From: Candidatus Binatia bacterium
Lineage (GTDB): Bacteria > Desulfobacterota > Binatia > UBA9968 > JAJDTQ01
NCBI GenBank assembly: GCA_963666515.2
Contig: OY762897.2
Coordinates: 960,001 to 1,024,000, forward strand
DNA: 64,000 bases
Direction: 5' to 3'
This document shows, piece after piece, positions 27,755 through 38,824 of the stretch; within the stretch, counting starts at the first letter, position 1, and each line of letters begins with the position of its first letter. Below the pieces are notes generated by a model. That model had not been told where the DNA came from, made no database searches, and saw only the letters and a program-made list of their open reading frames with translations. The translations under genes and the position numbers were made by a program.

Positions 27755-28867
27755 ATGAAGTTCACGGTTACAGGCAACGACCCGGATAGCCGGGCGAGAA
27801 CCGGCCTGCTGGAGACGGCCCACGGCATGGTGGAGACGCCGGCGTTCATGCCGGTGGGGACCCGCGGCGCGGTCAAGGCGCTGTCGCCCCGGGACCTGCG
27901 GGAGGTTTCGAGCCGGATCGTTCTCTGCAACACCTACCACCTGTACCTGCGGCCCGGCGAGGAGGTCATCCGCGACCTCGGCGGCCTGCACGCGTTCATG
28001 GGCTGGGAGCGGCCGATCCTCACGGACAGCGGCGGCTACCAAGTGCTGAGCCTCGCCGCCATGCGCAGGATCACCGAAGAGGGAGTCTCCTTCCGCTCCC
28101 ATCTCGACGGCGCGTCGCACTTCCTGAGCCCGGAGAAGGTGGTGGGGATACAGCAGGCGCTGGGCGTGGACGTGGCCATGGTGCTGGACGAGTGCATCCC
28201 GTACCCGGCGAGCCGCGACTACGTCAGGAAATCGACCGACCGGACCGTGCGCTGGGCGCTCCGGTCGCTGGAGGCGCCCCGGAACCGTGACTGCGCGCTG
28301 TTCGGGATCGTGCAGGGGGGCGTGTTCAAGGACCTGCGGGAGGAGTGCGCGGCGCGCCTGCGCGAGTTCCCTTTCGACGGCTTTGCCGCCGGCGGGCTGG
28401 GCATCGGCGAGGGGCCGGCGCTTCTGGCGGAGATCGGGAGCTTCACCGCGGGGCTATTGCCGGAGGACCGCCCGCGCTACCTCATGGGTCTGGGGAAACC
28501 CGAAGACTTGATTCATGGGGTCCGCTCCGGCTATGATCTGTTCGATTGCGTTCTGCCGACGAGGAATGCCAGGAACGGTACGTTATACACCGCCACCGGG
28601 AAGCTCAGCATCAAGAACGCGGCTTTCGCCCGGGACCCGCGTCCCGTGGACGAAGGCTGCCCATGCTACGGTTGCCGGCATTTTTCGCGTGCCTATCTTC
28701 GCCACCTCTACATGGCCGGCGAAATCCTTGCGGCCTATCTGAACACGCTGCACAACGTCTGTTATTACCAGCGGTTGATGACGGAACTGCGCAGGGCCAT
28801 TCGGGATGGGTCGAGTCTGGAGGACGTCGCAGGCGGAATCTGGAAGCTCCCGGAGGCGGCCGTTTGA
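27755..28867 (+). CDS. tgt: tRNA-guanine transglycosylase
   Basis: TPAFMPVGT, NTYHL, TDSGG, DCVLPTR, Zn site CPC..C..H. Confidence 0.97.
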   Translation: MKFTVTGNDPDSRARTGLLETAHGMVETPAFMPVGTRGAVKALSPRDLREVSSRIVLCNTYHLYLRPGEEVIRDLGGLHAFMGWERPILTDSGGYQVLSLAAMRRITEEGVSFRSHLDGASHFLSPEKVVGIQQALGVDVAMVLDECIPYPASRDYVRKSTDRTVRWALRSLEAPRNRDCALFGIVQGGVFKDLREECAARLREFPFDGFAAGGLGIGEGPALLAEIGSFTAGLLPEDRPRYLMGLGKPEDLIHGVRSGYDLFDCVLPTRNARNGTLYTATGKLSIKNAAFARDPRPVDEGCPCYGCRHFSRAYLRHLYMAGEILAAYLNTLHNVCYYQRLMTELRRAIRDGSSLEDVAGGIWKLPEAAV

Positions 28868-28930
28868 GCCCCGCCCGGGGTAAGGGCGGAATGCCTTGAC
28901 ACCTGTTTTGAAGAAACCTTGGAGGGGATC

Positions 28931-29272
28931 ATGTGGGACGTAGCCTATGCCCAGGCCGGAGGCGGCCCCAGCACCTTCATCAGCATGCTGCCCCTGGTGC
29001 TGATATTCGCGGTCTTCTACTTCCTGCTGATCCGGCCGCAGCAGCGCAAGGCCAAGGATCACCGGAACATGCTGGCCCAACTCAAGCGCAACGACGAGGT
29101 CATGACCACGGGCGGCGTGTTCGGCAAGATCCAGGCGCTCACGGAGACCGAGCTGACCCTGGAGATCGCCCCCAACGTGCGTATCCGGGTGAGCCGGAGC
29201 CATATCGCCCAGCTCTTCAGGGGTGAAAAGGCAGCCGGGGCCAAGGACGCCAAGGAGGTCAAGGGCAAGTAG
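28931..29272 (+). CDS. yajC: Preprotein translocase subunit YajC
   Basis: FYFLLIRPQQ, DEVMTTGG; lies between tgt and secD. Confidence 0.95.
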   Translation: MWDVAYAQAGGGPSTFISMLPLVLIFAVFYFLLIRPQQRKAKDHRNMLAQLKRNDEVMTTGGVFGKIQALTETELTLEIAPNVRIRVSRSHIAQLFRGEKAAGAKDAKEVKGK

Positions 29273-29287
29273 CCTGGAGTAACGAGC

Positions 29288-30859
29288 ATGCGTCAAAGCC
29301 TGGTCATTCGCCTGATCCTGCTGGTGGTCTGCCTGGCGGCAGCGGGGGTCTATCTCGCTCCGAGTTTCGTGTCCGGCCTCTGGTTCCTGCCCGAGAACGG
29401 CATCCGTCTCGGACTGGACCTCCAGGGTGGGTCGCACCTGGTGCTGGAAGTGGAAGTGCAAAAGGCGGTGGAGAACCGCCTGCGGCGGGTACGGAGCGTG
29501 CTGCGCGACGAGCTGAGGGATCGCGGCATCGCCTTCAAGGGCCTGGACATCAGCCCGTCCGGCGAGCTGATCGTTTCCACCGCCCAGGGCAACATGGAGC
29601 GCATTCGCGATCTCCTGTCCACCGAGTTCACGCAACTGGAGGTGTCCGCCGCCAGCCCCGCGGAGGTACGGGCGGTGTTCGAGAGCCGGGAGTTGGAGAA
29701 CATCCGCAACTTCGCGGTGGACCAGACCCTGGAGACCATCCGCAACCGCATCGACCAGTTCGGGGTCACCGAGCCCACCATCCAGCGCCAGGGGCAGTAC
29801 GACATACTGGTCCAGCTTCCCGGCATCCAGGATCCGGAGCGGGCCAAGGCGCTCATCGGCAAGACCGCGCTGCTGGAGTTCAAGCTCGTGGATGAGCGGG
29901 GGGACGTGGAGGCGGCCGTGCGTTCCGGCCCGCCGCCCGGACGCGAGGTGCTGTACGGTTACGACGACGCCGCAGGAGGGGTGCGCCGCGAGAAGATACC
30001 CTACCTCCTGGAGGCGCGGACATTGATGACGGGCGACGCCATCGCCGACGCCAACGTCCGCCGGGGCGACCAGTTGGAGGGCCTCTACGTCGAGCTGGCG
30101 CTCAACTCCGTGGGCAGCACCGCCTTCGACCGCCTTACCGCGGAGAACGTCGGCCGGCTGCTGGCCATCATCCTGGACGGCCGGGTCTATTCGGCGCCCC
30201 AGATCCGCGAACGGATCTCCGGCGGCGTGGCCTCCATCACCGGCAACTTCAACTTCCAGGAAGCCCGGGACCTGGCCATCGTGCTCCGGGCCGGCGCGCT
30301 GCCGGCGCCGGTGAAGATCCTGGAAGAGCGCACCGTGGGGCCGTCGCTGGGGCGCGACTCGGTGGAGCAGGGAGTCTTTTCCTTCATTCTCGGGAGCATC
30401 CTCGTGCTGGTCTTCATGATGGCCTACTACCGCGGCGCGGGCATCCTGGCCGACGTCGCGCTGGTGCTCAACATCTACTTCATGATGGCGATTCTCGCGG
30501 GCTTCGAGGCGGTGCTGACCCTGCCCGGCATCGCCGGCATTATCCTGACCCTGGGCATGGCCGTGGACGCCAACGTGCTGATCAACGAGCGCATTCGCGA
30601 GGAGGTGCGGAACGGGAAGTCTCCGCGGTCCGCGGTGGACACGGGTTACGAGCGCGCCATTCCCGCCATCCTCGACTCGAACCTCACCACCTTTCTCGCC
30701 GGCGTCATCCTGTTCCAGTTCGGCACCGGCCCGATCCGCGGCTTTGCCGTCACCCTTTGCGTGGGCATTCTCACCACGGTCGTCTCCGCGGTGTACGGAA
30801 CCCGCATCTATTACGACTTCCGGCTGACCAGGCGGAACCTGGTCAGACTCTCCGTTTAG
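29288..30859 (+). CDS. secD: Protein translocase subunit SecD
   Basis: LGLDLQGG, RIDQFGV, LRAGALPA, GMAVDANVLINERIREE. Confidence 0.97.
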   Translation: MRQSLVIRLILLVVCLAAAGVYLAPSFVSGLWFLPENGIRLGLDLQGGSHLVLEVEVQKAVENRLRRVRSVLRDELRDRGIAFKGLDISPSGELIVSTAQGNMERIRDLLSTEFTQLEVSAASPAEVRAVFESRELENIRNFAVDQTLETIRNRIDQFGVTEPTIQRQGQYDILVQLPGIQDPERAKALIGKTALLEFKLVDERGDVEAAVRSGPPPGREVLYGYDDAAGGVRREKIPYLLEARTLMTGDAIADANVRRGDQLEGLYVELALNSVGSTAFDRLTAENVGRLLAIILDGRVYSAPQIRERISGGVASITGNFNFQEARDLAIVLRAGALPAPVKILEERTVGPSLGRDSVEQGVFSFILGSILVLVFMMAYYRGAGILADVALVLNIYFMMAILAGFEAVLTLPGIAGIILTLGMAVDANVLINERIREEVRNGKSPRSAVDTGYERAIPAILDSNLTTFLAGVILFQFGTGPIRGFAVTLCVGILTTVVSAVYGTRIYYDFRLTRRNLVRLSV

Positions 30860-30871
30860 GGCGCCGGGACT

Positions 30872-31768
30872 ATGGAAATCATCAAGCCGGGAACCCAGAT
30901 ACCTTTCTTGAGCTACCGCCGATGGGGGTTCATGCTGTCGTCGGTCCTGGTGGCCGGGGTGCTGCTGCTGCTGTCCACCAAGGGCCCGAACCTCGGGGTC
31001 GACTTCGAAGGCGGCACCATGGTGCACGTGAAGTTCGCGGACGCGGTGACCATCGGCCAGCTTCGGGCGGCCCTGGACCAGTCGCCGCTGGGCGGGGTGG
31101 TCCAGGACTTCGGCGGCGGCGGAGCCCACGAATATCTGATCCGCATGGAGAAGTCCGCCGCCCAGATAGGCACGGTGGGCCGGGACATCCGGAACGTCCT
31201 CGACAACGCGTTCGGCCAGGGCTCCTACGAGGTGCAGCGGGTGGAATCCGTGGGCCCCAAGGTCGGCGACGACCTCCGGCGCCGGGGCATCCTGTCGGTC
31301 ATCTTCGCCACCATCATGATGGGCGCGTACATCTGGCTCCGGTTCGAGCTGCGTTTCGGGCTGGGCGCCATCATCGCCCTGGTCCACGACGTGCTCATCA
31401 CCCTGGGGGCGCTGATCATCGCCGACTTCGAGCTGGACCTGCCCATCGTCGCCGCGCTGCTGACCATCGCCGGCTACTCGGTCAACGACACGGTGGTCAT
31501 CTGCGACCGAATCCGGGAGAACATGCGCAAGCTCCGCCGCGACTCCATGGAGAAGATCATCAACATCAGCATCAACGAGACCCTCGGGCGGACCATCCTC
31601 ACCACGGTGACCACGCTGCTGGTGCTGACCGCGCTCCTGGTCCTGGGCGGCGGCGTGATCCGGCCCTTCGCCTTCACGCTGTTCGTGGGCTTCCTGGCCG
31701 GGCTCTACTCCACCATCTTCGTGGCCACGCCGACGATCCTCCTGCTGGAAAGAGGCCGGAGGCGATAA
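30872..31768 (+). CDS. secF: Protein translocase subunit SecF
   Basis: GVDFEGG, VGPKVG, HDV, GYSVNDTVV.CDRIRE. Confidence 0.97.
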   Translation: MEIIKPGTQIPFLSYRRWGFMLSSVLVAGVLLLLSTKGPNLGVDFEGGTMVHVKFADAVTIGQLRAALDQSPLGGVVQDFGGGGAHEYLIRMEKSAAQIGTVGRDIRNVLDNAFGQGSYEVQRVESVGPKVGDDLRRRGILSVIFATIMMGAYIWLRFELRFGLGAIIALVHDVLITLGALIIADFELDLPIVAALLTIAGYSVNDTVVICDRIRENMRKLRRDSMEKIINISINETLGRTILTTVTTLLVLTALLVLGGGVIRPFAFTLFVGFLAGLYSTIFVATPTILLLERGRRR

Positions 31769-31785
31769 CCGCCGCCGCCTGAACG

Positions 31786-33522
31786 TTGGAAGACGCTCCG
31801 AAGCGCTGGATCCTCAAGGAGGCCGACGAAAACGCGGCGGACCTCCTCTCCCGGGATCTGAAGCTTCCGCGGCTGCTCGCCCGGATCCTGGTGCAGCGCG
31901 GTTTCGCGGACGCGGATTCGGCCCGCGGCTTTCTCTCCTCCAGCCTGAGCCAGGACCTGCCTTCGCCCCGCCTGCTGGCCGGGATGGACGACGCCGTGAG
32001 GCGCATCTGCCGCGCCCTGCGCGACGGCGAGCGGATCTGCGTCTGGGGCGACTACGATGTGGACGGCACCACCGGCGCCGCGGTGCTGGTGTCGTTCCTG
32101 CGCGAGATCGGCCGCGAGGCCATGTTCTACATCCCGCACCGGATCGACGAAGGCTACGGCATGAGCCGCCAGGGCATCGAGCACCTCCGTTCCCAGGAGG
32201 TGGCGCTCATCATCACCGTGGACTGCGGCATCTCCAACGCCGACGAGGTGGCCTACGCCAGAACCCTTGGCATGGACGTGGTGATCGTCGACCACCACCA
32301 GTTGCCGGAGCGGCTGCCGGACGCGGCGTCGGCCGTCATCAATCCCCAGCGGACCGACTGCGACTTCCCGGACAAGGGCCTGTGCGCCGCGGGGCTGGCC
32401 TTCTATCTCGTAATCGGCCTGCGGGCGAACCTCCGGGAATCGGGCTGGTTCGAGCCGGACGGCGTGCCCGACATCCGCCGTCACCTGGACATCGTGAGCC
32501 TGGGGACCATCGCCGACATGGTGCCGCTACGGGGCGCCAACCGGGTGCTGACCCGCCGCGGGCTGGTGGAGTTGGGCAGCTCCCGCCGGCCGGGTATCGT
32601 GGCGCTGCGGGAAGTGGTGGGCGTGCCCCCGGGCGCGGTGGACGCCGGCACCGTGGCCTTCCAGCTCGGGCCGCGGATCAACGCCGCCGGCCGCATGGAC
32701 GCCGCGCTCAAGGTGGTGGAGATGCTCACCACCGATTCCCGCGAGACCGCGGACGAGATCGCCAAGGAGCTGGACAACCACAACCGGGAACGGCGGGAAA
32801 CCGAGGCGCAGGTGCTGGAGGAAGCGCTGGCGCAGATCGAGGAGAGAGGTCTCCGGGACCGATGGTCCATCGTGGTGGGGAGCCGGGGCTGGCACCCCGG
32901 CGTGCTCGGCATCGTGGCCTCGCGCATCGTCGAGCGGTTCCACCGGCCCACCATCGTCATCGGCTTCGAGGGCGGCGAGGGCAACGGGGAAGGAAAAGGC
33001 TCCGGCCGGAGCATCCGCGGCTTCCACATGGTGCAGGCCATGCGCCGGTGCGCGGATATCCTGGGACGTTTCGGCGGCCACGAGCACGCCGGCGGCCTGA
33101 GCATCCGGGAAGAGAACCTGGAGGCCTTTGCCGGGCGTTTCGAGGAGGCGGCCAGGGAGGTCCTTGACGAGGAAGACCTGCTGCCGTATCTCGACGTGGA
33201 CACGGAAGTGGATTTCGGGCAGTTGAGCCTGGGTCTGGTGCGGCAGATGCGGCTCCTGGGCCCCTTCGGGGTGGGCAATCCCGAGCCGGTCTTCCAGACC
33301 CAGGGGGTGGAGGTCTGCGAGCGCCGGGATTTCAACACGGTCTCGCGTTTCCGCCTCAGGCACAACGACTATACCGCCACCGCGGTGGCCTTCGGGCCTC
33401 CCGAGAAACTCCCCGTTCGGGTGAACGAAAACGTCGACATCGCTTATCGCCTCAGGGAGAACGAGTGGCAGGGCACCTACGCCCTGGAGTTGCGTTTGCT
33501 GGATGTCAGGGCGCGGCCTTGA
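31786..33522 (+). CDS. recJ: ssDNA exonuclease RecJ
   Basis: GDYDVDG, TVDCG, DHH, GPRINAAGR, GSGRS, FGGH. Confidence 0.97.
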   Translation: MEDAPKRWILKEADENAADLLSRDLKLPRLLARILVQRGFADADSARGFLSSSLSQDLPSPRLLAGMDDAVRRICRALRDGERICVWGDYDVDGTTGAAVLVSFLREIGREAMFYIPHRIDEGYGMSRQGIEHLRSQEVALIITVDCGISNADEVAYARTLGMDVVIVDHHQLPERLPDAASAVINPQRTDCDFPDKGLCAAGLAFYLVIGLRANLRESGWFEPDGVPDIRRHLDIVSLGTIADMVPLRGANRVLTRRGLVELGSSRRPGIVALREVVGVPPGAVDAGTVAFQLGPRINAAGRMDAALKVVEMLTTDSRETADEIAKELDNHNRERRETEAQVLEEALAQIEERGLRDRWSIVVGSRGWHPGVLGIVASRIVERFHRPTIVIGFEGGEGNGEGKGSGRSIRGFHMVQAMRRCADILGRFGGHEHAGGLSIREENLEAFAGRFEEAAREVLDEEDLLPYLDVDTEVDFGQLSLGLVRQMRLLGPFGVGNPEPVFQTQGVEVCERRDFNTVSRFRLRHNDYTATAVAFGPPEKLPVRVNENVDIAYRLRENEWQGTYALELRLLDVRARP

Positions 33523-33707
33523 TCCCGCTCCCGGGGGCACCCTATATTGAACTTGGGCTAAAGTTCCCTCCCGCGACGCCGATTAGTAGATTGTAGGGAA
33601 CGCATTCGCCTGCATGTAGCGGCGGGGTGGCCGCGGCGTTTGATTTCCAGTAGCGGCAAGACCTATCATGGTCACCCGGGAACCGGCGGACCGAGGGAAG
33701 GCGGGTC

Positions 33708-34289
33708 ATGTCTGTATCGGAATGGACAGGAATCATGCAAGCCGCCATCAGCCTGCTGATGGTCGGGGTTGTATGGGTCGGCATCGTGCTGATGCGCCGG
33801 GCCGGGGACCAGCGCTCCAAGCGCGACGACCAACGCCACGCCGAAGCCATGGCCGCTCACGAGGAAGTCATGGCTGAGCACAGGGAAGCCATGGCCGCGC
33901 ACAAGGCCGCTCACAAGGAAGTCATGGCCACTCACGAGGAAGTCATGGCCGGGCACAAGGCCGCTCACAAGGAGGTCATGGCCGCTCACAAGGAATCCGT
34001 GGTCGTGCACGGCGCCTCGCACGCCGAAGCCATGCGCGCGCTCGAAGCCCTCATCGAACGCACCGCTCGCGGGTGGACGGCCTCCCGGCGGAACCGCCGC
34101 GAGCGTTTGACATCGGCGCGCTTCTCCATTAAAAAGTCACGCAACCATGGTACGTTACGCAGTCGTAAAGACGGGTGGAAAGCAGTACCGGGTCGCCGAG
34201 GGCGAGTTGGTGGACGTGGAGCGCCTGGGCGGCGACGTCGGCGCCACGGTCACCCTGGACGAGGTGCTGCTGGTCAGCGCCGAGGGTGA
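33708..34289 (+). CDS. Membrane-anchored His/Met-rich repeat protein; 3' end uncertain (overlaps rplU)
   Basis: GGGAAGG upstream of ATG; N-terminal TM; H-x-E-x-M-A-x repeats; frame runs 143 nt into rplU. Confidence 0.6.
   Translation: MSVSEWTGIMQAAISLLMVGVVWVGIVLMRRAGDQRSKRDDQRHAEAMAAHEEVMAEHREAMAAHKAAHKEVMATHEEVMAGHKAAHKEVMAAHKESVVVHGASHAEAMRALEALIERTARGWTASRRNRRERLTSARFSIKKSRNHGTLRSRKDGWKAVPGRRGRVGGRGAPGRRRRRHGHPGRGAAGQRRG
33837..34034 (+). repeat. In-frame 21/33-bp tandem repeat bounded by 15-bp perfect direct repeats
   Basis: Units resembling CATGGCCGCTCACGAGGAAGT; CACGCCGAAGCCATG at 33837-33851 and 34020-34034. Confidence 0.9.
34107..34135 (+). promoter_or_regulatory. Sigma70-like promoter candidate for rplU-rpmA
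   Basis: TTGACA-N17-TAAAAA, 11 nt before the rplU ATG. Confidence 0.55.
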
Positions 34290-34470
34290 GGACGAGGCCC
34301 GGATCGGCACGCCGCTGGTGGCGCAGGCCCAGGTGACCGCGGAGATCGTCGAGCAGGGGCTCGACAAGAAGATCATCGTCTTCAAGAAGAAACGGCGGAA
34401 GGGCTACAAGCGCAAACAGGGCCACCGCCAGAGGCAGACGACCCTGAGAATCGTCGAAATCCAGGCTTGA
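34147..34470 (+). CDS. rplU: 50S ribosomal protein L21
   Basis: [19 protein letters not shown]. Confidence 0.98.
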   Translation: MVRYAVVKTGGKQYRVAEGELVDVERLGGDVGATVTLDEVLLVSAEGEDEARIGTPLVAQAQVTAEIVEQGLDKKIIVFKKKRRKGYKRKQGHRQRQTTLRIVEIQA

Positions 34471-34483
34471 GGCGGAACAACCG

Positions 34484-34738
34484 ATGGCGCACAAGAAATC
34501 AGGCGGCAGCTCGCGCAACGGCCGCGACAGCCAGGGACAGAGGCGTGGCGTGAAACGCTACGGCGGGCAGCACGTCAAGGCCGGCAACATCCTGGTCCGT
34601 CAGTTGGGCACCAAGATCCACCCGGGCAAGAACGTCGGCATGGGGCGGGACTACACCCTGTTCGCTCTGGTCGAGGGCACGGTGGAGTATCAACGCTGGG
34701 GCCGGTCGCGCAAACGGGTCGCCATCCTTCCTGCCTGA
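34484..34738 (+). CDS. rpmA: 50S ribosomal protein L27
   Basis: [23 protein letters not shown]. Confidence 0.98.
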   Translation: MAHKKSGGSSRNGRDSQGQRRGVKRYGGQHVKAGNILVRQLGTKIHPGKNVGMGRDYTLFALVEGTVEYQRWGRSRKRVAILPA

Positions 34739-34857
34739 AACTCCTTCGTGCGCATGCAAGCGCCGTGGGAGGCTCCGATGCTCGCGGACTCGCCGCGGCA
34801 TTCCTCATCTCGTATCCCTGTCCCCGTTTTGTCATAATCGGTATGGGCACGCAGTGA

Positions 34858-37063
<2,206 letters not shown>

Positions 37064-37162
37064 CTCAACGTATGGGGTCCAAGAGAACTTGGGCCGGTCG
37101 ATTGCTCAAGGCGTGCGAGGCTAACTTTGGTAGTGTTCTCGGGGGACAAGAAGAGGAATCAG

Positions 37163-38137
37163 ATGCAGGAACGTGCTCCCAGGAACCGGACCCTGTCGTG
37201 CACGGACGAGGAAGTGATGACGTTGTCACGTGACATTATGCACGTGAAATCGGCCGTTGCTCTGTCGGACATCGAGGGCCAGCTCTTGTCAGGAGATATC
37301 TTTGAGTTGGCGAGATATCTTCCCTCTGCATTTGTCGATCTCCTCATTCTGGATCCACCGTACAACCTTTCCAAGAACTACGACGGCAACCTGTTCAAAC
37401 GGAAAGAACGGGACGAATATCGGTCATGGTTTGAGGGCGTCGTCGATTTGCTGGATCCGATGCTGAAGCCGGATTCGACGATTTACGTGTGCGCCGATTG
37501 GAAGACGTCGACACTCGTGTTGCCGGTCCTGGACTCCAGATTCCACGTCCGTAACAGGATTACCTGGGAACGGGAGAAGGGGCGCGGAGCCAAAAAAAAT
37601 TGGAAGAACAACACAGAGGACATCTGGTTTTGCACGAAATCGGATCGGTATTATTTTGATGTTGACGCAGTCAAGCTCAAACGTCGGGTCCTCGCGCCAT
37701 ACAGGGTCGATGGACGGCCGAAGGATTGGGTTCAAGAAGAAGATGGCAACTATCGCCTTACCTACCCCTCCAACATCTGGAGTGATGTCACGGTTCCGTT
37801 CTGGTCCATGTCGGAGAACACAGATCACCCAACTCAGAAACCGGAGAAGTTGATAGCGAAACTGATCCTTGCCAGTTCGAAAAAGGGAGGTTTCGTGTTC
37901 GATCCCTTCCTCGGCAGCGGTACGAGCGTAGTCGTAGCGGCGAAGCTGCAAAGAAGCTGGTGTGGAGTGGAGATCAATACCCGTTACCTGTGCTGGGCGC
38001 ACAAGCGCGTGACCGCCGCAAAGGAGGACTCGACTATCCAGGGCTATGAGAAGGGGGTGTTCTGGGAGAGAAACTCGGCAGCCGGCCAGCGCACTCAGAA
38101 CAAGTTGAACGAACGCCAGGAAACCCTGTTCTCATGA
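37163..38137 (+). CDS. Site-specific DNA amino-methyltransferase (N6A/N4C, beta class)
   Basis: DPPY (motif IV) precedes HPTQKP and DPFLGSG (motif I); AT-richer DNA. Confidence 0.92.
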   Translation: MQERAPRNRTLSCTDEEVMTLSRDIMHVKSAVALSDIEGQLLSGDIFELARYLPSAFVDLLILDPPYNLSKNYDGNLFKRKERDEYRSWFEGVVDLLDPMLKPDSTIYVCADWKTSTLVLPVLDSRFHVRNRITWEREKGRGAKKNWKNNTEDIWFCTKSDRYYFDVDAVKLKRRVLAPYRVDGRPKDWVQEEDGNYRLTYPSNIWSDVTVPFWSMSENTDHPTQKPEKLIAKLILASSKKGGFVFDPFLGSGTSVVVAAKLQRSWCGVEINTRYLCWAHKRVTAAKEDSTIQGYEKGVFWERNSAAGQRTQNKLNERQETLFS

Positions 38138-38802
38138 GGTCCGGCTTTTACTACGAGGGGCACCACCAAGCGGTGGCAATAGCAGTCAGAGACTACGTCA
38201 ACTCGTCTCAGGACTTTCTTTCGCCGCGCACCGCTGGGAGCCCGAGAGCGGTGGGCGACGCGATCGAAGCACTTGTTGCCGAGAAGTTTGGCGGTTTTCT
38301 GGGCGATTGGTGCACCCAGTATTCAAGTGAGTTCGCTCGTCGTGCCATGGCGGACATGGCCTTCACCGACAAGGAGGGCATCTACTCTGTAGTGGATGTC
38401 AAGACACACAGAGAAGACGCCCGATTCAGCATGCCCAACCTCACGTCTGTGGATCGACTGGCCCGATTCTACGAGTCAGATGCCAATGTTTTCTCACTTC
38501 TAATGGTCAAATATGCGATTGAAGACACCAGTGTCACGGCGTCTGAGGTGGTCTTCTGTCCCATTGAGTTCTTGGATTGGTCGTGTCTAACTGTCGGCGC
38601 GCTTGGTTGGGGCCAGATCCAGATAGCGAACTCCAACAACATTCGCGTGATTGAGCGAAATTCAAGGAAGGAGTGGATGTTGCAGTTGTGTGATGCATTG
38701 CTAGCGTTCTACCCGAAGGAAATTGGCAAGATACAAGACAGGATTGAGCGTTTCAACGGCGTGCGGAAGTACTGGGAAGCGAAGGAAGACTTATGGCACT
38801 GA
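38134..38802 (+). CDS. Putative Type II restriction endonuclease (PD-(D/E)XK-like)
   Basis: ATGA-coupled to the MTase; E...AD-x13-DVK arrangement; same AT-richer composition. Confidence 0.6.
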   Translation: MRSGFYYEGHHQAVAIAVRDYVNSSQDFLSPRTAGSPRAVGDAIEALVAEKFGGFLGDWCTQYSSEFARRAMADMAFTDKEGIYSVVDVKTHREDARFSMPNLTSVDRLARFYESDANVFSLLMVKYAIEDTSVTASEVVFCPIEFLDWSCLTVGALGWGQIQIANSNNIRVIERNSRKEWMLQLCDALLAFYPKEIGKIQDRIERFNGVRKYWEAKEDLWH

Positions 38803-38824
38803 CGACGTCAGGATTGGAGTTGCC

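Noticed and set aside
28500-28810. AT-richer codon patch in the 3' part of tgt as a foreign insert
   Set aside because: Protein motifs are continuous and there are no boundaries or repeats; too weak without a computed profile
28583-31387. 934-aa minus-strand ORF (likewise 23679-26033, 46597-48981, 57849-60281, 2463-4661)
   Set aside because: Antisense shadows of well-supported genes
33837-34034. Possible CRISPR array
   Set aside because: Units are contiguous, degenerate, multiples of 3 and lack unique spacers; no cas genes present
38723-38824. proA N-terminal extension overlapping the nuclease gene
   Set aside because: GTG 38825 has a GGAG RBS and gives a normal-length ProA
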